Origin: Rebecca billardiae RCC1528
Lineage: Eukaryota; Protista; Haptophyta
Direction of reading: 5' to 3'
NCBI GenBank assembly: GCA_965240325.2
Contig: OZ251229.1
Location: 310,001 to 374,000 of the forward strand
Length of the DNA stretch: 64,000 nucleotides
The notes below the pieces were generated by a model. The model was not told the origin of the DNA, made no database searches, and saw only the letters and a list, made by a program, of their open reading frames with translations. The position numbers and the translations under genes are program-made. Shown here in pieces: positions 45,201 to 57,800 of this stretch (the stretch's first letter is position 1; each line of letters starts with the position of its first letter).

Positions 45201-47606
45201 CCCCTCCGTCAGCCCCTGCCGGCACGTGGCCAGCAGGCAGAGGGCCGCCGCCACCCAGTTGTCGGGCAGGCTGGACGGGTCGGCGGCGGGCTCGGCGCCC
45301 GCGCCGCCGCGCGCGCGCGCGTGGGCCCCGTGCGCGAACGGCGGCCGCTCGCGCGCCCAGCCGTAGTCGGCCGCCCAGCGCCGCAGGATGGCTGACCACA
45401 GCTCCTGCAGCGAGCGCGCGCCGCAGTAGCCGCCGAGCGCGCGGTCGATCGACTCAAACTCGCCGTGCACGCGCAGCTCGGCGACGAGCGCGCCGAGGAA
45501 GAGCGGGCGCGAGGAGAGCGGCGAGGCGAGCACGCGCCCGAGCTGCGTGTCGTCCAGCGCCTTGTGCGCCATCGCCAGGTGGCCGCGCAGCACCGCGCTC
45601 CGCTCCGCGACCGAGCTGAGCTCGGCGAGCGGCACGCGGCGCGCGCCCGGCCGCGCGAGCAGCGCGCTCCCGATCGGGTCGCCGGCGCACACGCTGGCGA
45701 CCAGGACGCAGCTGGCGGGCAGCGGGCTCGGGAGCCACGCGAGGCTGCGCACGAAGCCGCGGCGGTCCACCACGCCGCGCCCGCCGCCGGCCGCACCGGC
45801 CGCGGCGCCACCGGCCGCCGGCCTGACGGGCGCTGGCTCGGCGAGCGCGGTCGAGTCGTCGTGCGCGGCCGCTTCCTCCTCCGCCTCCGCGTCCAGGCTG
45901 AGCCGGTCGAGCCCGTCGAGCACGAGGACGCACGGGCCGAGGTGCAGCGCGGCGGAGAACTCCTCCGAGAGCTGCACCAGGTTCGTCTCCGCGCCGCCGC
46001 CGCCGCCGCCGTCCGCGCCGTCGACGCCCGCGCCGTCGACGCCCGCGCCCTGCTCGTCCTCCGCGCCGCCGCCCTCCGCGCCGCCGCCGCCCACGCCGTC
46101 GTCGGCGAGCAGCGCGCCCAGGCCGCCGTCCGCCGCGGAGTAGCACGCGCGCAGCTGCGCGACGCAGCGGCGCATGAGCGGCACAAGCCCGCTGCTCAGC
46201 GCCGGGATCCCCGCGAAGTGCACGATGGCGAGCGGCCGGGCGCGCGGCGCGCGCGGCTCGGCGCCCGCGGGCGCGCGCGCGGCCGGGCGCGGGCCGTCCG
46301 CGCCCGCGGCCGTGCCCGGCCCGCGCCCGGCCTCCGCCTCCGCCTCGGCCTCGGCGGCGTCGGCGTCGGCGTCGGCGCCCTCGCGCGCGCGCGCGAGCAC
46401 GCTGCCCTCCTCCGCGCGCGCGAGCGCGGGCACCAGCTCGTCCGCCGCCCACGACGCGAGCAGCGTCGTCATGCCCGAGCCCCGCTCGCCGCTCAGCACA
46501 CAGATGGTGCCGCGCGCGGCCGCGTGCGGCGGTGCGGAGGCGGGGGCGGCGTGCGTGGGCGCGGCGTCCGCGCGCGGCGCCGCCGTGACGTGCGCAGTGA
46601 GCTCCGCCCACGCGTGCGCCGCGGCCGACGTCTCGACGAAGAAGCGCCGCCGCTCGCGCGCAAAGGCCGCGTGCTCGGCCGCGGCGCTCGCGGCGGCGGC
46701 GAGCGCGCCGCCGCTCGCGCGCCCGCCCGCGCCGCCCGCCGCGCTCGAGCTGACGCGGCTGGCGAGCGAGGGCGCGCGCGAGGGCGCGGGGGGCAGCACG
46801 GCGCGAACCACCGCGCTCCAGTCCAGCGCGACCGCGCTCGCCAGCTCGTGCGGCGTCGTGAAGCGGCGCACGCGCAGCCCAGCGTCAACGATCCGACGCT
46901 TGAGCGAGCCCATGCGCGCGGCCGCGCCCGCCGACTCGGCGCGGAAGTCGCGCAGGCGCGCCTCGCGCTCGGGCTCGGGGAGGTCGGGGAAGAGCGCCTT
47001 CTCGTGCGCACGCTCGCGGAAGTAGAAGAAGCAGAACGCCCCCTTCCTCCGGAACGCCGCCTCCTCGATCTCGAGCTCGGTCACGGAGAAGCGACGGTAG
47101 CCGGGCTCGCCCACCCACGCGTGGCCGGCGCGCACGGCGGCGTCGATCGAGAGGTCGATCCAGTGCGGCTGCTCGGCAGGGAGCTCGGCCGGGCGGTGCT
47201 GCCCGTGCCGCTCGCCCAGCAGGCAGATGAAGAAGGGCAGGCTCGAGCCGATGTAGTCGAGGCACATGGTGATCACCATCCCGTCCGTCGCCTGCTTGCC
47301 CGTGATGCCCCAGCGCAGGTCGACGGGGAGGAAGGCGGAGCCGCGCGCGGCGCACGCCGAGTGGAGCGGCGGGAAGACGTGCTTCACCAGCAGGTCGCGC
47401 TCCGCCTGGAAGTCGCGGAACGTGCTCGAGATGAACGGCCGAATCGGCTCGCCCGCGGGCAGTGCCGCCGCGCCGCCCACCGCGTCGTCGAGCAGCAGCG
47501 GGCGGCCGCCGGGGTCCGAGTGGAGGCGGCGGGCGCCACTGGGGGTCGGCTTCGCCGGCGGGCGCACCGGCGAGGGTGGCAGCTCGCGCGCCGACGAGTC
47601 GCCCAT
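42256..47606 (-). CDS. DUF4062-NACHT-like-TPR protein (TTC41/NPHP3-like STAND architecture); intron 43376-43569
   Basis: IRPFISSTFRDFQAERD...VDLRWG...PFFICLLGERHG...SVTELEI (DUF4062). P-loop-like GERGSGMTT, Walker B LVLDGLDRL, WLP, PLFL. Kinesin-light-chain-type TPRs (LYRRALGIRLAALGAEHLLVATSQFHLA) follow the GT-AG intron. Confidence 0.82.
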
Positions 47607-47850
47607 CGCGGTGCGCACGCGCGCTGTGCCCGGCCGCGGTCGTGCGGTGCTGAGAAAAAACCCGCGCGCATGTGATATGCTGAAAAAGAAAGAAAAGGCA
47701 GCACAGCAGCATGGCGGCGCGGCTACCCGCATTCGAATAGGGGCTGACAGCCGGTTGCTGACAGTTTGACCCACGTCATAACCGCCGCCCGCCGGCGGGC
47801 ATCGTTCGCTGCGCGCGAGGTGCAGCGGCGCGGCGTGAGCACCCGTCAGC

Positions 47851-50800
47851 ATGGGGAGCGGTGCGAGCAAGCCCGGCAAGGCAGATCGCGACGTGGGGAA
47901 GCGCGGCTCCGCCGAGGCCAAGCCCACGCCCGCCGCCTCGGAGCGCGAGCGCGCGGGCGCGCCGCCGGACGTGCTTGTGCTCGACCAGGAGACGCCCTCG
48001 AGCTACGCGCAGCCGCTCGCGCCCGAGCAGCCCGCGGGCGCGAAAGGCGGCCTGGGCCTGGAGCACGATGCCGCTGGCCCCGCGATGGTCACCGCAGACT
48101 ATGGTGCGCCCGCGCGCGCGCGCGCGCGCGCGCCCGAGGCGCGGCGCTGAGCGCGAGCTGAGCGGCGAGCCGCGGCCGCCGCCGCCGCCGCCGCGCCGCG
48201 CGCAGAGAGCGACTCCGACGTGGAGTTCGACCGCGTGGAGGCGCCGAGCGGCCGCCCCCCCCGCCCCGAGGTGCACCCCACCGAGCTGCACCGCGAGGAC
48301 CTGCGCCACCCCGCCGTCGAGAGCAGCATGCCCGACGGCTGGGTTGAGAGCAACGACTCGGACCCGCCCTCGGACCGGCTGGAGCTCGAGTTCATGTGCG
48401 CGCGCGGGGCGCCGCCGCGCGCGGGGGGCGCTGGCGCGCGCGCGCGCGCGCGCGCCGCGCACGCCGCGCGCACGCGCTCACGCGCACGTGCCCCCCGCGC
48501 GCGTGCGCGCTTGCGCGCGTTGCGCGTGCGCGTGCGTGTGCGTGTGCGCGCGCAGCTACGGCTTCCGCTCGCACGACTGCCGCATGAACGTGCACTACAC
48601 GGGCGCGGGGGAGGTGGTGTTCCCCGCGGCGACGCTCGCGGTGGTGTACGACCCGGTGGTGCACGCGCAGCGCTTCTACGCCGGGCACACCGCCGAGCTC
48701 AGCTGCATCTGCGTGCACCGCGACGGCGTGCTCGTCTGCTCGGGCCAGGTGGGCTCGGCGCGCGAGGCCGCGCCCATCTGCCTGTGGGACTCGACGAGCC
48801 TCGAGACGGTGGCGGTGCTGTCGGGCGCGCACGAGGCGGGCGTGGCGGCGGTGGCGTTCGCCGGCTCCGCGCTGCCCGACGCCATCCCCGACTCCGACCT
48901 CCTCGTCTCCCTCGGCCTGGACGCGTACCACACGCTGATCGTGTGGGACTGGGCGCGCGGGGAGCGGCTCGCGCAGGCGCGCGCGCACACCGGCGCCGTG
49001 TTCGCGCTCTCGGCGGTGGTGAGCGCGGGCGGCGAGCTCAGCGTGGCGACGGCGGGGGTGCGCTCGCTCAAGTTCTGGGCCCTCGACGGCTCCACGCTCC
49101 GCTCGAAGAAGGGCCAGTTCGGCCCGGAGCACGCGCACGTGACCGGCCAGCTGGGCGCGCTCCGAGACTCGCCCACGTTCACAGCGCTCGCGCATCTGCA
49201 GGACGGCTCGGGGCGGCTGCTCTCCGCCACGTCGCGCGGCGAGCTGCTGCTGTGGCGCTCGAACGAGCTGACGCACTACGTCAAGGCGCACACCTCGCCC
49301 ATCTTCGCCATCGTCTGCTGGCCCGGCGGCGTCGCGAGCGGCTCGAAGGACGGGCGCGTGTCGCTCTGGCCCGCGCTCTGGCCTGACACGCTCGAGTCTG
49401 TGCTCGCGCCCCACCGCATCTTCGACCTGCGCGAGATGGTGCGCGGCTTCGCGGACGCGGCGGGGCGTCCGCGCGCGCTCGCCGGCTCGACGACGCCGTG
49501 CGTCCGCGCGCTCGCCTGCGCGCACGACCGCATCCTCATCGGCTCCAGATCGGCGGAGATCTTCGAGCTCTCGTTCGAGCAGGGCCTGGACCTGCCGGCC
49601 ATCACGATGCTCGCGCAGGGGCACGCGGCGCCGCGCGCGCCGCCGGGCGGCGAGGTGGGGCCGAGCGCGGCGCGCGGCGGGCTGCTCGCGGCGATGCCGC
49701 ACGGCGGGCTCCTCGTGAGCGCGGGCGCCGACAAGACGCTCCGCGTCTGGTCCTCCGAGCGCCGCTGCATGCTCGGGATGCGGCTGCTGTCGGACGAGGC
49801 GAGCGCGCTCGCGCCGTCGCCCGACGGATCGGCGCTCGCGCTCGGCCTCTCCGACGCGGCGCACTCGGTGGTGCTGGTGGACATGGCGACGCTGTCGGAC
49901 GAGCTGGCGCTCTCGCGCGCCGAGCCCAGCCCGGTGAGCGCGCTCGCCTTCGCCCCCTCCGGCGCGTGGCTCGCCGTGGGCACCGCGCGCGGCAGTGTCG
50001 AGCTGTATGCCGCGCTCGACGGCTGCCGGCCGCACGGCGTGTGCCACGCGCTCGACGCGGCCGTGACGCAGCTCGACTTCTCGATCGACTCGAGCATGGT
50101 GCAGAGCAACTCGGCGGCGTTCGAGCTCGCCTTCTGGGACGCGCGCACGTGCGAGCAGCTCCCCGCCTCCGCCTCGCGCCGCACGGCGTGGGCGGAGTGG
50201 ACGTGCCCGCTCGGCTGGGCGTCGAAAGGCGTGTTCGGCCGCTATGAGGCGCCCGGGCACGTGACGGCGGTGCGGCGCTCGCACGACGGCGGCACGCTCG
50301 CGCTGGGCGACGCGTTCGGCGGCGTCTCGCTCCACGCCTTCCCGTGCACCTCGCTCGCCGCCGGCGTCGTCAGCTACGCCGCGCACGCGGGCGGCGTGAC
50401 GGGCGTCGCCTGGGTGAGCGGCGACGGCGCGCTGCTCACGCTGGGCGCGGAGGATGGCTGCCTCATGCAGTGGCGGCACTCGGGGGGCGGGGGCGGCGGC
50501 GGCGCGCTGGGCGCGCTGGGCGCGGCGCAGCTCGCGCCGGAGGACCTCGACTCGGAGGTGGAGGAGGAGCTCGACGCCGCCGCCGCCGTCGCCGCCGGCG
50601 GCGACGGCGCGGACGGCGCGGCGCTGCCCCGCGGGCTCTGGCCTAGCGGCGGCGGCGGCGGCGGGTTCGGCGGCGGCGGCGGGTTCGGCGGCGGCGTGCC
50701 GCCGGCGTACGCGGCGATCCACGCGCCGACGGGGTGGGTGCCGCCCGAGGACGTGGGCGAGCTGCCCGACGGCCACCTCCTCCTCGAGCACGTGTACGGC

Positions 50801-53800
50801 TACACCGGCTGTGCGCACGCCAACATCGGGCTGGCCGCGTCGGGTGAAATCGTGTACCCCGCGGCCGGGCTGGCGGTCGTGGCGGCCGTGCGCGGCGAGG
50901 CGGCGTCGCAGCGCTTCTTCGCGGGGCACACGGCGGCGGTGAGCTGCCTGGCGATGCACCCGTCCCTCGCGGTGTGCGCCACCGCGCAGGGCGGGCTCTC
51001 GCCGTACGTGTGCGTCTGGGACGTCGGCACGTCGCAGCCGCTCGCCACGCTGCGCGGCGTGCACACGCGCGCCGTGCGCGCGCTCGCCTTCTCGGCCGAC
51101 GGCCGCTGGCTCGCGTCGCTCGGCGCGGACGGGTCGCACGCGCTCGCGCTGTACGACTGGGCGGAGTCGGCGCTGCTCGCGCGCGTGCACGCCGGCACCG
51201 AGCACGTCGGCGCCCTCGCCTTCTCGCCCGACGGCGGGCTGGCGACCGCCGGGTCGATGCACCTCAAGCTGTGGCGGCTCGAGCCGGGCGGCGCGCCGGG
51301 CGGCGGCGGCGGCGGGCTGGCCGCGCCGAGCACGCTGGTCGGGCGCTCGGCGGCGCTGCACGAGATGCGCGGGCCGACGGTGTTCCTCTGCGTCCTCTTC
51401 ACCCCGCGCGGCGCGTGCGTCACCGGCACCGCCCACGGCGAGCTCCTGCTGTGGGAGGAGGGCTCGCTCGCGCGCGCCGTGCGCGCGCACAGCGGCGCGG
51501 TGCACGCGCTGTGCGCGCACGGCGGCGCGCTGCTCTCGGCGGGGCGCGCGTCGAAGGTGGGGCTGTGGAGCGCGGAGCTCGACGCGCTGGGGAGCATCGA
51601 CCTCCGCGCCGCGCTCGACGGGCTGCAGGACGAGCTCGGCCGCCCCGTCGCCGCCTCCGCCGCCGCGCTCTCTGTGCGCGCGCTCGCCACTGACGGGCCT
51701 CGCGTGTTTGTGGGCACGCGCGCGGGCGAGCTGCTGCTGATCGATGCGTCGGGCGGCGAGGCGGAGGGCGAGGCGAGGCTGCTCGCGGGGGGGCAGGGGC
51801 GCGCGCTGCGCCGCGGCGTCGTGCTCGGCGGCCTCGCCCCCGCGCCCGCCGCCGCCGCGCCCACCGGCGGCAGCGGGCTGCGCGCGCTCGCCGCGTGCGC
51901 CACACGCTCCGTCGCCGCCGCCATCGGGGACGACGGCGTGCTGAGGCTGCTCGAGCTCGGCGGGCGGGCGCAGCGCGCGCTGCGCAGGATGGCGAGCGGC
52001 GGCACGGCGCTCGACTTCTCGCCCGACGGCGCCACGCTCGCCGTCGGCCTGCACGACGGCACCGTCGAGCTCCTCGACGCCGAGACGCTGCAGACGCCCG
52101 CGAGCGCGCCCGCGGACGCGGCGCTGAGCGCGCTGCTGGGCGGCGCGCCGGACGCGCGCGCAGCCGGCCGCGGCGGCGGGCGGCGCGGCGCGGTGCGGAC
52201 GCACGTGCCGGGCGGCGCGGTGCACGACCTGAAGTGGTCGCCCGACGGCACCCTCCTCGCCGCCGCCTCCGCGTGCGGCTCCGTCTTCATCCTCTCCGCG
52301 CGCGAGGCCCTCGCGCGCCGCCACGCACTTAACGGGCACGCGGGCGCGACCACGGCCGTCGACTGGAGCGAAGAGACGCTGCTGCTGCTCGACGCGGCCG
52401 CGCTCGAGGCGGGCGCGCCGGGCGGCGGCGGCGGCGGCGCGGAGCGCGAGCGCTGGCTGCTCCGCTCCGCCTCCGCCGCCGCCGAGCTCTTCTTCTGGGA
52501 GGTGCCGCCCGCGCACGCCTCGCTGCGCGCCGAGGCGGACGCGGCGGCGGGCGCGCGGCGCGTGCGCTCGCCCGCGGCCGCGCGCGACGTCGTGTGGGCG
52601 ACGACCAGCTGCCCGCTGGGCTGGGCGGTGCTCGGCGCGGCGCAGCCGGAGGCGCGCGGCGCGGGCGCGTACGCCGCGCCGGGCGCGAGCGTGGGCACGC
52701 CGCGCTCCGTCGCGTGCTCCCGCGAGGGCGACTGCCTCGTCGCGGCCGACGCCTCCGGCACCCTCTCTCTCTATCGCTTCCCCGCGTGCGCGCCCGACGC
52801 GGCGTCTAAACGGTACGTGGCGCACGGCGGCGCGGGCGCGAGCGTCGTGCGCTTCTCGCACGACGACCGGTACGTGCTCTCGGCCGGCGGCTCGGACGGC
52901 GTGCTCATGCAGTGGCGCTACGCCGGCGCCGACGACGACGGCGCGGCCGCGGGCGCGGACTCGTCCGAGGACGAGGACGTGGCCGCCGACCTGGCGGCCG
53001 GCACGCGCGCGGACGCGGCGCGCGGACGCGGCGCGGGCGCGCGGCGCGCGCGCGCGCCCGTCGGCGCGAAGCGCGAGCTGCTCCTCGCCTCGTCCGCGGC
53101 GCAGGCGGCGCGCGGCGGCTCGCGCCCGTGGGCGGCGCGCGCGGCCGCCGCCGCCGCCGCCGGCGGCGGCGGCGCGGGCGCGCTCGCGCGCGGCCTCGGC
53201 GCGGGCGCGGCCGGCGGCGGCGCGCTGGACGGCGGCGCCGAGCTGCTGCGCGCCCTGCGGCTGGAGGGCGCCGAGCTGCGCGTCGGCGCGTTCGACGAGG
53301 CGCGGCCGTGGCTCTCCGAGCTCGCGCCGCCCGCGCACGCCGCCCGCGCCTCCGAGCGCGCGCTCGCGCCCCCCGCCGAGCGGCTGGGCCTCGAGTACGT
53401 GCACGGCGTGGCCGCGCACGGCGTGCGCGCGCAGCTGCACGTGGGCGCGGGCGGAGAGATTATCTTCATCGCGGCGGCGGTGGGCGTGGTGATGACGCCC
53501 GGCGCGGCGGACGGCTCGGGCGCGCCGCCCTCGCAGCGGCACTACCTCGAGCACGCCGGCAGCGAGCTCCTCAGCCTCGCCCTCCACCCGGGCGGCGCGC
53601 TCGCCGCGACGGGCGAGCGCTCCGCGGCCGCGGCCGTCCACGTGTGGGGCGTGGGCACTCTGGACACGGAGGCGGTGCTGAGTGGCGGGCAGAAGGAGGG
53701 GGTGGGCGCGCTGGCGTTCACGCCGGACGGCTCGCTGCTCGCCGCGGCGGACGTCTCGCCCGCGCACGCCATCGCCCTCTGGAGCTGGCGCGCCGCCACC

Positions 53801-55743
53801 CTCCTCTCGCTCACGCGCGGCGGCTCAGGCTGCGTGCTCGGCCTCGCCTTCTCCCCGCGGGACTCGTCGATGGTGAGCTACGGGCAGCGGCACCTGCGCT
53901 TCTGGGCGCGGCCGAGGGTGGGCGGCGGCGGGGGCGGGTGGAGCGCGAAGAAGGGGGCGTTCGGCGAGGCGGGCGCGCAGACCGTGCTCTGCGCCGCGCA
54001 CGTACCCGCCACCGGCGCGCTCGTCACGGGCACCTCGCGCGGCATGCTGCTGGAGTGGGCCGGCCACGCCGTGTGCCGGGCGGTGCGCCTGCTGTCGCAC
54101 GGGCCGGTGTTCGCGATCGCGGCGTCCGCGGAGGGCATCGCGGTGGGCGGGCGCGGCGGGAGGCTGCTGCTCTGGCCCGCGGGCGCGTCGCCGCTCGACG
54201 CGCGCGCCGCCAAGCCGCTCGACCTCGGCACCCTCGCCAGCGGCCTCACCGACGAGTACGGCCGCCTGCGCGTGCTGCTCAGCGGCGACGCGCCGTGCGT
54301 GCGCGCGCTCGCGTTCGCGCGCAGCACGCTGCTGCTCGTCAGCCGCTCGGGCGAGCTGTGGCAGCTGGGCGGCGCGGCGCCGCAGTGCCGGCTGCTGCTG
54401 CAGGGCCACGCGGCGCTGCGCGCGCCCCGCGCCGACGGCGGCTCGGCGCGCACCGAGCTGTGGGGCCTCGCCGCACACCCGCACAGGCCGGAGCTGTTTG
54501 TGAGCGCGGGCGACGACTGCACGGTGCGCGGCCGCGGCGCCGCGGCGCTCGGCGCGCGGCGCGCGCGCGCGAGCAGCGCGGAGCGCGCGGACGCACGCAG
54601 CGGCGGCGGCGGCCGCGCGGACGCGCGGACGAGCGGAGCGAGCGCACGTGGGCGCGGAGCGCGCGCCCTGCTGCTCACGCGCCGCCCCGCGTGCCGCGCG
54701 TGCCCCCCTCCGCCCCCCGCCCCTGCGCGCTGCCCCCTGCCCAGGTGCGCGTATGGGATGCGCACCGCCGCGCGATGCTGTGCATGCGGCGCGTGCGCTC
54801 CGCGCCGCAGTGCGCCGCGTTCGCGCCCGACGGCTCGCTGCTGGGCGTGGGGTGCGCGGACGGCAGCACGCTCATGCTCGAGCCGGACTCGCTCACCGAG
54901 CTGCCGATGCGCCCGGCCGCGCCGCACGCGGGCGCGGTCTGCGCCCTCGCCTTCGCCCCCGACTCGGCGCTGCTCGCCGTCGGCCACGCGGACGGCTCGG
55001 TCGAGGTCCACACGGCGTACGCGCACGGGCGGGGCGGCGCGCGCGAGCCGCTGCGGCTCGTCGGCGCGCACGTGGGCGCGGCGCGCTCGCTCGATTGGTC
55101 GGCCGACGGGTGCCTGCTGCAGTCGTGCTGCGAGGGCATGGTGCTCGCCTGGTGGGACGTCGAGAACGGCGGCGAGAGGGTGCGCCCCCGCCGCGCGCGC
55201 GCTCGCGCCCTCGGAGCGTTCCGCGCGCGCCTCCGCCCGCCCAGCGCTCGGGCCGCGCGCCGCGCCGCTGAGCGCGCCGCACGCCTCCGCCCGCGTGCTG
55301 CTGCGCGCGCCTCGCCCCGCCGCGCGCGCGCGCGCGCGCAGATCCTCGACGCGCAGCAGGTGAGCGAGGTCGAGTGGCACAGCTGGAGCGCGCCGGTGGG
55401 CTGGCCCGTCGTGGGCGTGCTGCCGCAGCTCTCGGACGGCACAGACGTGCACGCGCTCAGCAGGTCGACCGGCCGACACCTCGTCGCGACCGCGGACGAC
55501 TTTGGCAAGCTCAACCTGTTCGGCTACCCGAGCGCGCTCGCCGGCAGCGTGTGCCGCGTGGGCACCGCGCACGCCGGGCACGTGAGCAGCGTGTGCTGGT
55601 CGTGCGACGACACGCGCATCTTCACGACGGGCGGCGCGGACATGACGGTGATGCAGTGGCGAGTCGGCCGCGCGCCCTCGCGGCTCGATCCGCTCCAGCT
55701 GCCCGCCGGGGCCGCGCGCGCGCTGGACAACGAGCGTGGCTGA
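47851..55743 (+). CDS. EML5/EML6-like echinoderm microtubule-associated protein (three HELP-WD40/TAPE modules); introns 48104-48205, 48396-48555, 54524-54744, 55180-55341
   Basis: Three HELP motifs (LELEFIYGFRSHDCRMN after splicing, LLLEHVYGY, LGLEYVHGV), many WD40 repeats, recurring W...TCPLGW and DDFGKLNLFGYP. All four introns preserve the frame. Confidence 0.9.
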
Positions 55744-55824
55744 TGATGTCCATGAGAGAGCGAGAGAGACGAGTAGGGACTATATCGCGCGCGGGCGGCG
55801 AGAGATACGCAACAGCAGTAGTAG

Positions 55825-56865
55825 CTATAGTCTGGTGGTGCCAGAATGCGACCGTGTCTGTAGCTGATGCTTGTTGCGCAGCATTCTGACAGAAGTATTT
55901 CTGAGCAGTGGCGCGAGGGCAAGGGCGAGCAGCGCGCCCAACCCTGCCGCAGTCGCAATGCCCAAGACACAGGCAGCGCGCGAAAGGTCCCCAGCAGCGA
56001 TCATATTCACGGCCGAGCAGAAGAGCAGCGCGATGATGATGGTCTGCACTGCCTCTGCGCGCACATGCCGGTGCAGCCAAGCGCCCGCCGCGCTGCCAGC
56101 GCCCATGCCGGCCGCGCATGCCGCGTACTGCGGCCAGCGCTCTGGCTGCACGATCTGCGCGGAGAGGAGCGTGGGCAGCGTCGCGCAAAGGAGCAGCAGC
56201 ATGTACGCGATGAAGTTGGCTCGGATCGTCGCCTTGGCATGCGTGAAGGAGGAAAAGTACACCATCATCGGCGGGCCACCAACACCGAACCAGCTGCCGC
56301 ACAGCCCGGTGAAGAACCCCGCGAGTGCCGCGAGTACAAGCTGCGTGGCTGCTCGCGCCTGCGGCCGTTTGCTCGGACTGTGGCCAGGGCCGCCCTCGCC
56401 GTCGGGGCTTGCCGCAGCCAGCTCTGCGCCCACCAGTGGGGCCACCTCGTCCTCCTCGCGCTCAGCCAACTGCCTGTCTCGCGCCCAGCCCGCGGCACTC
56501 TCCACAGCTCTTGCCACGGAGTAGGTGAGGAAGAAGCAGCCTGCGAGCTTTGCCACGCGTGAGGGCTCGAGGCGGACGAGTAGCTGCACGCCAATGAGCG
56601 CGCCTACAACGAGGCAGATGCCCTGCACGCACAGCAGGCCGAGGTCCACGTCGCGTCGGAGCACGAGCACCCACAGCGCGTTGGACACAATGGCAACCGG
56701 CGTGAGGATCGCAATGGCGTCCTTGAGCTCGAAAGGCCTGCCATCGAGCGCGCTCGCAGCGTGCAGTACGATGATGAAGCAGATGGCTTCGCCAAACGCC
56801 GCGGTTGCCTTTGCGAACGCGCCAGTCGCCCCTGCGGCGAAGACGGCGACCAAAGGGCTGGGCAT
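55825..56865 (-). CDS. Sulfite exporter TauE/SafE (TSUP) family membrane protein
   Basis: AGATGAFAKATAAFG, GALIG, AGFFTGLCGSWFGVGGPP; about 8-9 TM segments. Confidence 0.8.
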   Translation of the reverse strand: MPSPLVAVFAAGATGAFAKATAAFGEAICFIIVLHAASALDGRPFELKDAIAILTPVAIVSNALWVLVLRRDVDLGLLCVQGICLVVGALIGVQLLVRLEPSRVAKLAGCFFLTYSVARAVESAAGWARDRQLAEREEDEVAPLVGAELAAASPDGEGGPGHSPSKRPQARAATQLVLAALAGFFTGLCGSWFGVGGPPMMVYFSSFTHAKATIRANFIAYMLLLLCATLPTLLSAQIVQPERWPQYAACAAGMGAGSAAGAWLHRHVRAEAVQTIIIALLFCSAVNMIAAGDLSRAACVLGIATAAGLGALLALALAPLLRNTSVRMLRNKHQLQTRSHSGTTRL

Positions 56866-56904
56866 CGGCCGGTCAGGCGGCCTCCATTCCGCAATGATGA
56901 ACTA

Positions 56905-57688
56905 CAGGGTCTCCAACATTAAACTGGACACTTTGGGCAGCAGCTCAGCGTACGGCCTGTGGCTGCCTCGCGCGGGGTCAGGAGCGGCCAGCTCGGCTCG
57001 TGTGCACCCCACTAGGTCTGTCTGCGACCGCGCATAGCCGGGCAGCCCGCGTGGAGCACCCCTCTGGGTCATGCGGACAGTCGGCACAAGGCTGGTCGTG
57101 AGGGCCGTGAAGCAGCCGTGTGGCCGTTCTGCGCATGTCTGTAGCCAGCAAGCCCGCTCAAGGCCGCGCAGATATTATTACGTGGCATGGTCGATGACTA
57201 TGCGGCATGCGCTCGACAGCCCTGGGCAAGCCCGGACGTAGCGCTACACCAGGAGTATATACGGCTCGATCGGACCAGCCTACCAGTTGCGCACCTCGCT
57301 TGCACAGCTGCTGCACAGCCCATCGATCGGCTCTGGCCGTGCAGGCAAGGGCTACAGTCGGCGCCACTACCCGCAGCGAACGCTGGAGACCCACCAGTGC
57401 GCGCACCAACCCGCCCGCCGCCAAATGCAACCGTGCGCCAGATACGAATTTTAGCAGGCATGCCACCCGCGGGGGCTCCGTGGACCTGTTCAGAGCCAAC
57501 CGCTAGTCGGTTGAGCTGTACATCCAAGCCAGCCCTGGCCACACGCTGAGCGCGCCGCTCGCTGCACCCACACCCTGTCGTCATCCGAGGAGTAAGGTCC
57601 ATGGCGCTCATGCGAGCCTCTGGCCCATCTCATCGTTAGCAGCCGTAGTCAGCAAAAATCAGTGTCCGAACAATTGTTGGGGACCCTG
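56905..57688. mobile_element. MITE copy 1 (784 bp), TIRs CAGGGTC(T/C)CCAACA
   Basis: Starts CAGGGTCTCCAACA and ends TGTTGGGGACCCTG. Near-identical to 58905-59686. Preceded by TA. Confidence 0.85.
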
Positions 57689-57800
57689 TGTGCACACTCG
57701 CCTGCCGCATGTTGAGTGACTGTCAGCCAGGGAGCTGAAGACGACGGCTTCTCAGAGGCCGCGCGAGCTCGACGGCGGCGCGCGCGGGCACGGTGGGCTG

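Noticed and set aside
48392-53767. 1791-aa minus-strand ORF
   Set aside because: Antisense shadow of the EML5/6-like gene.
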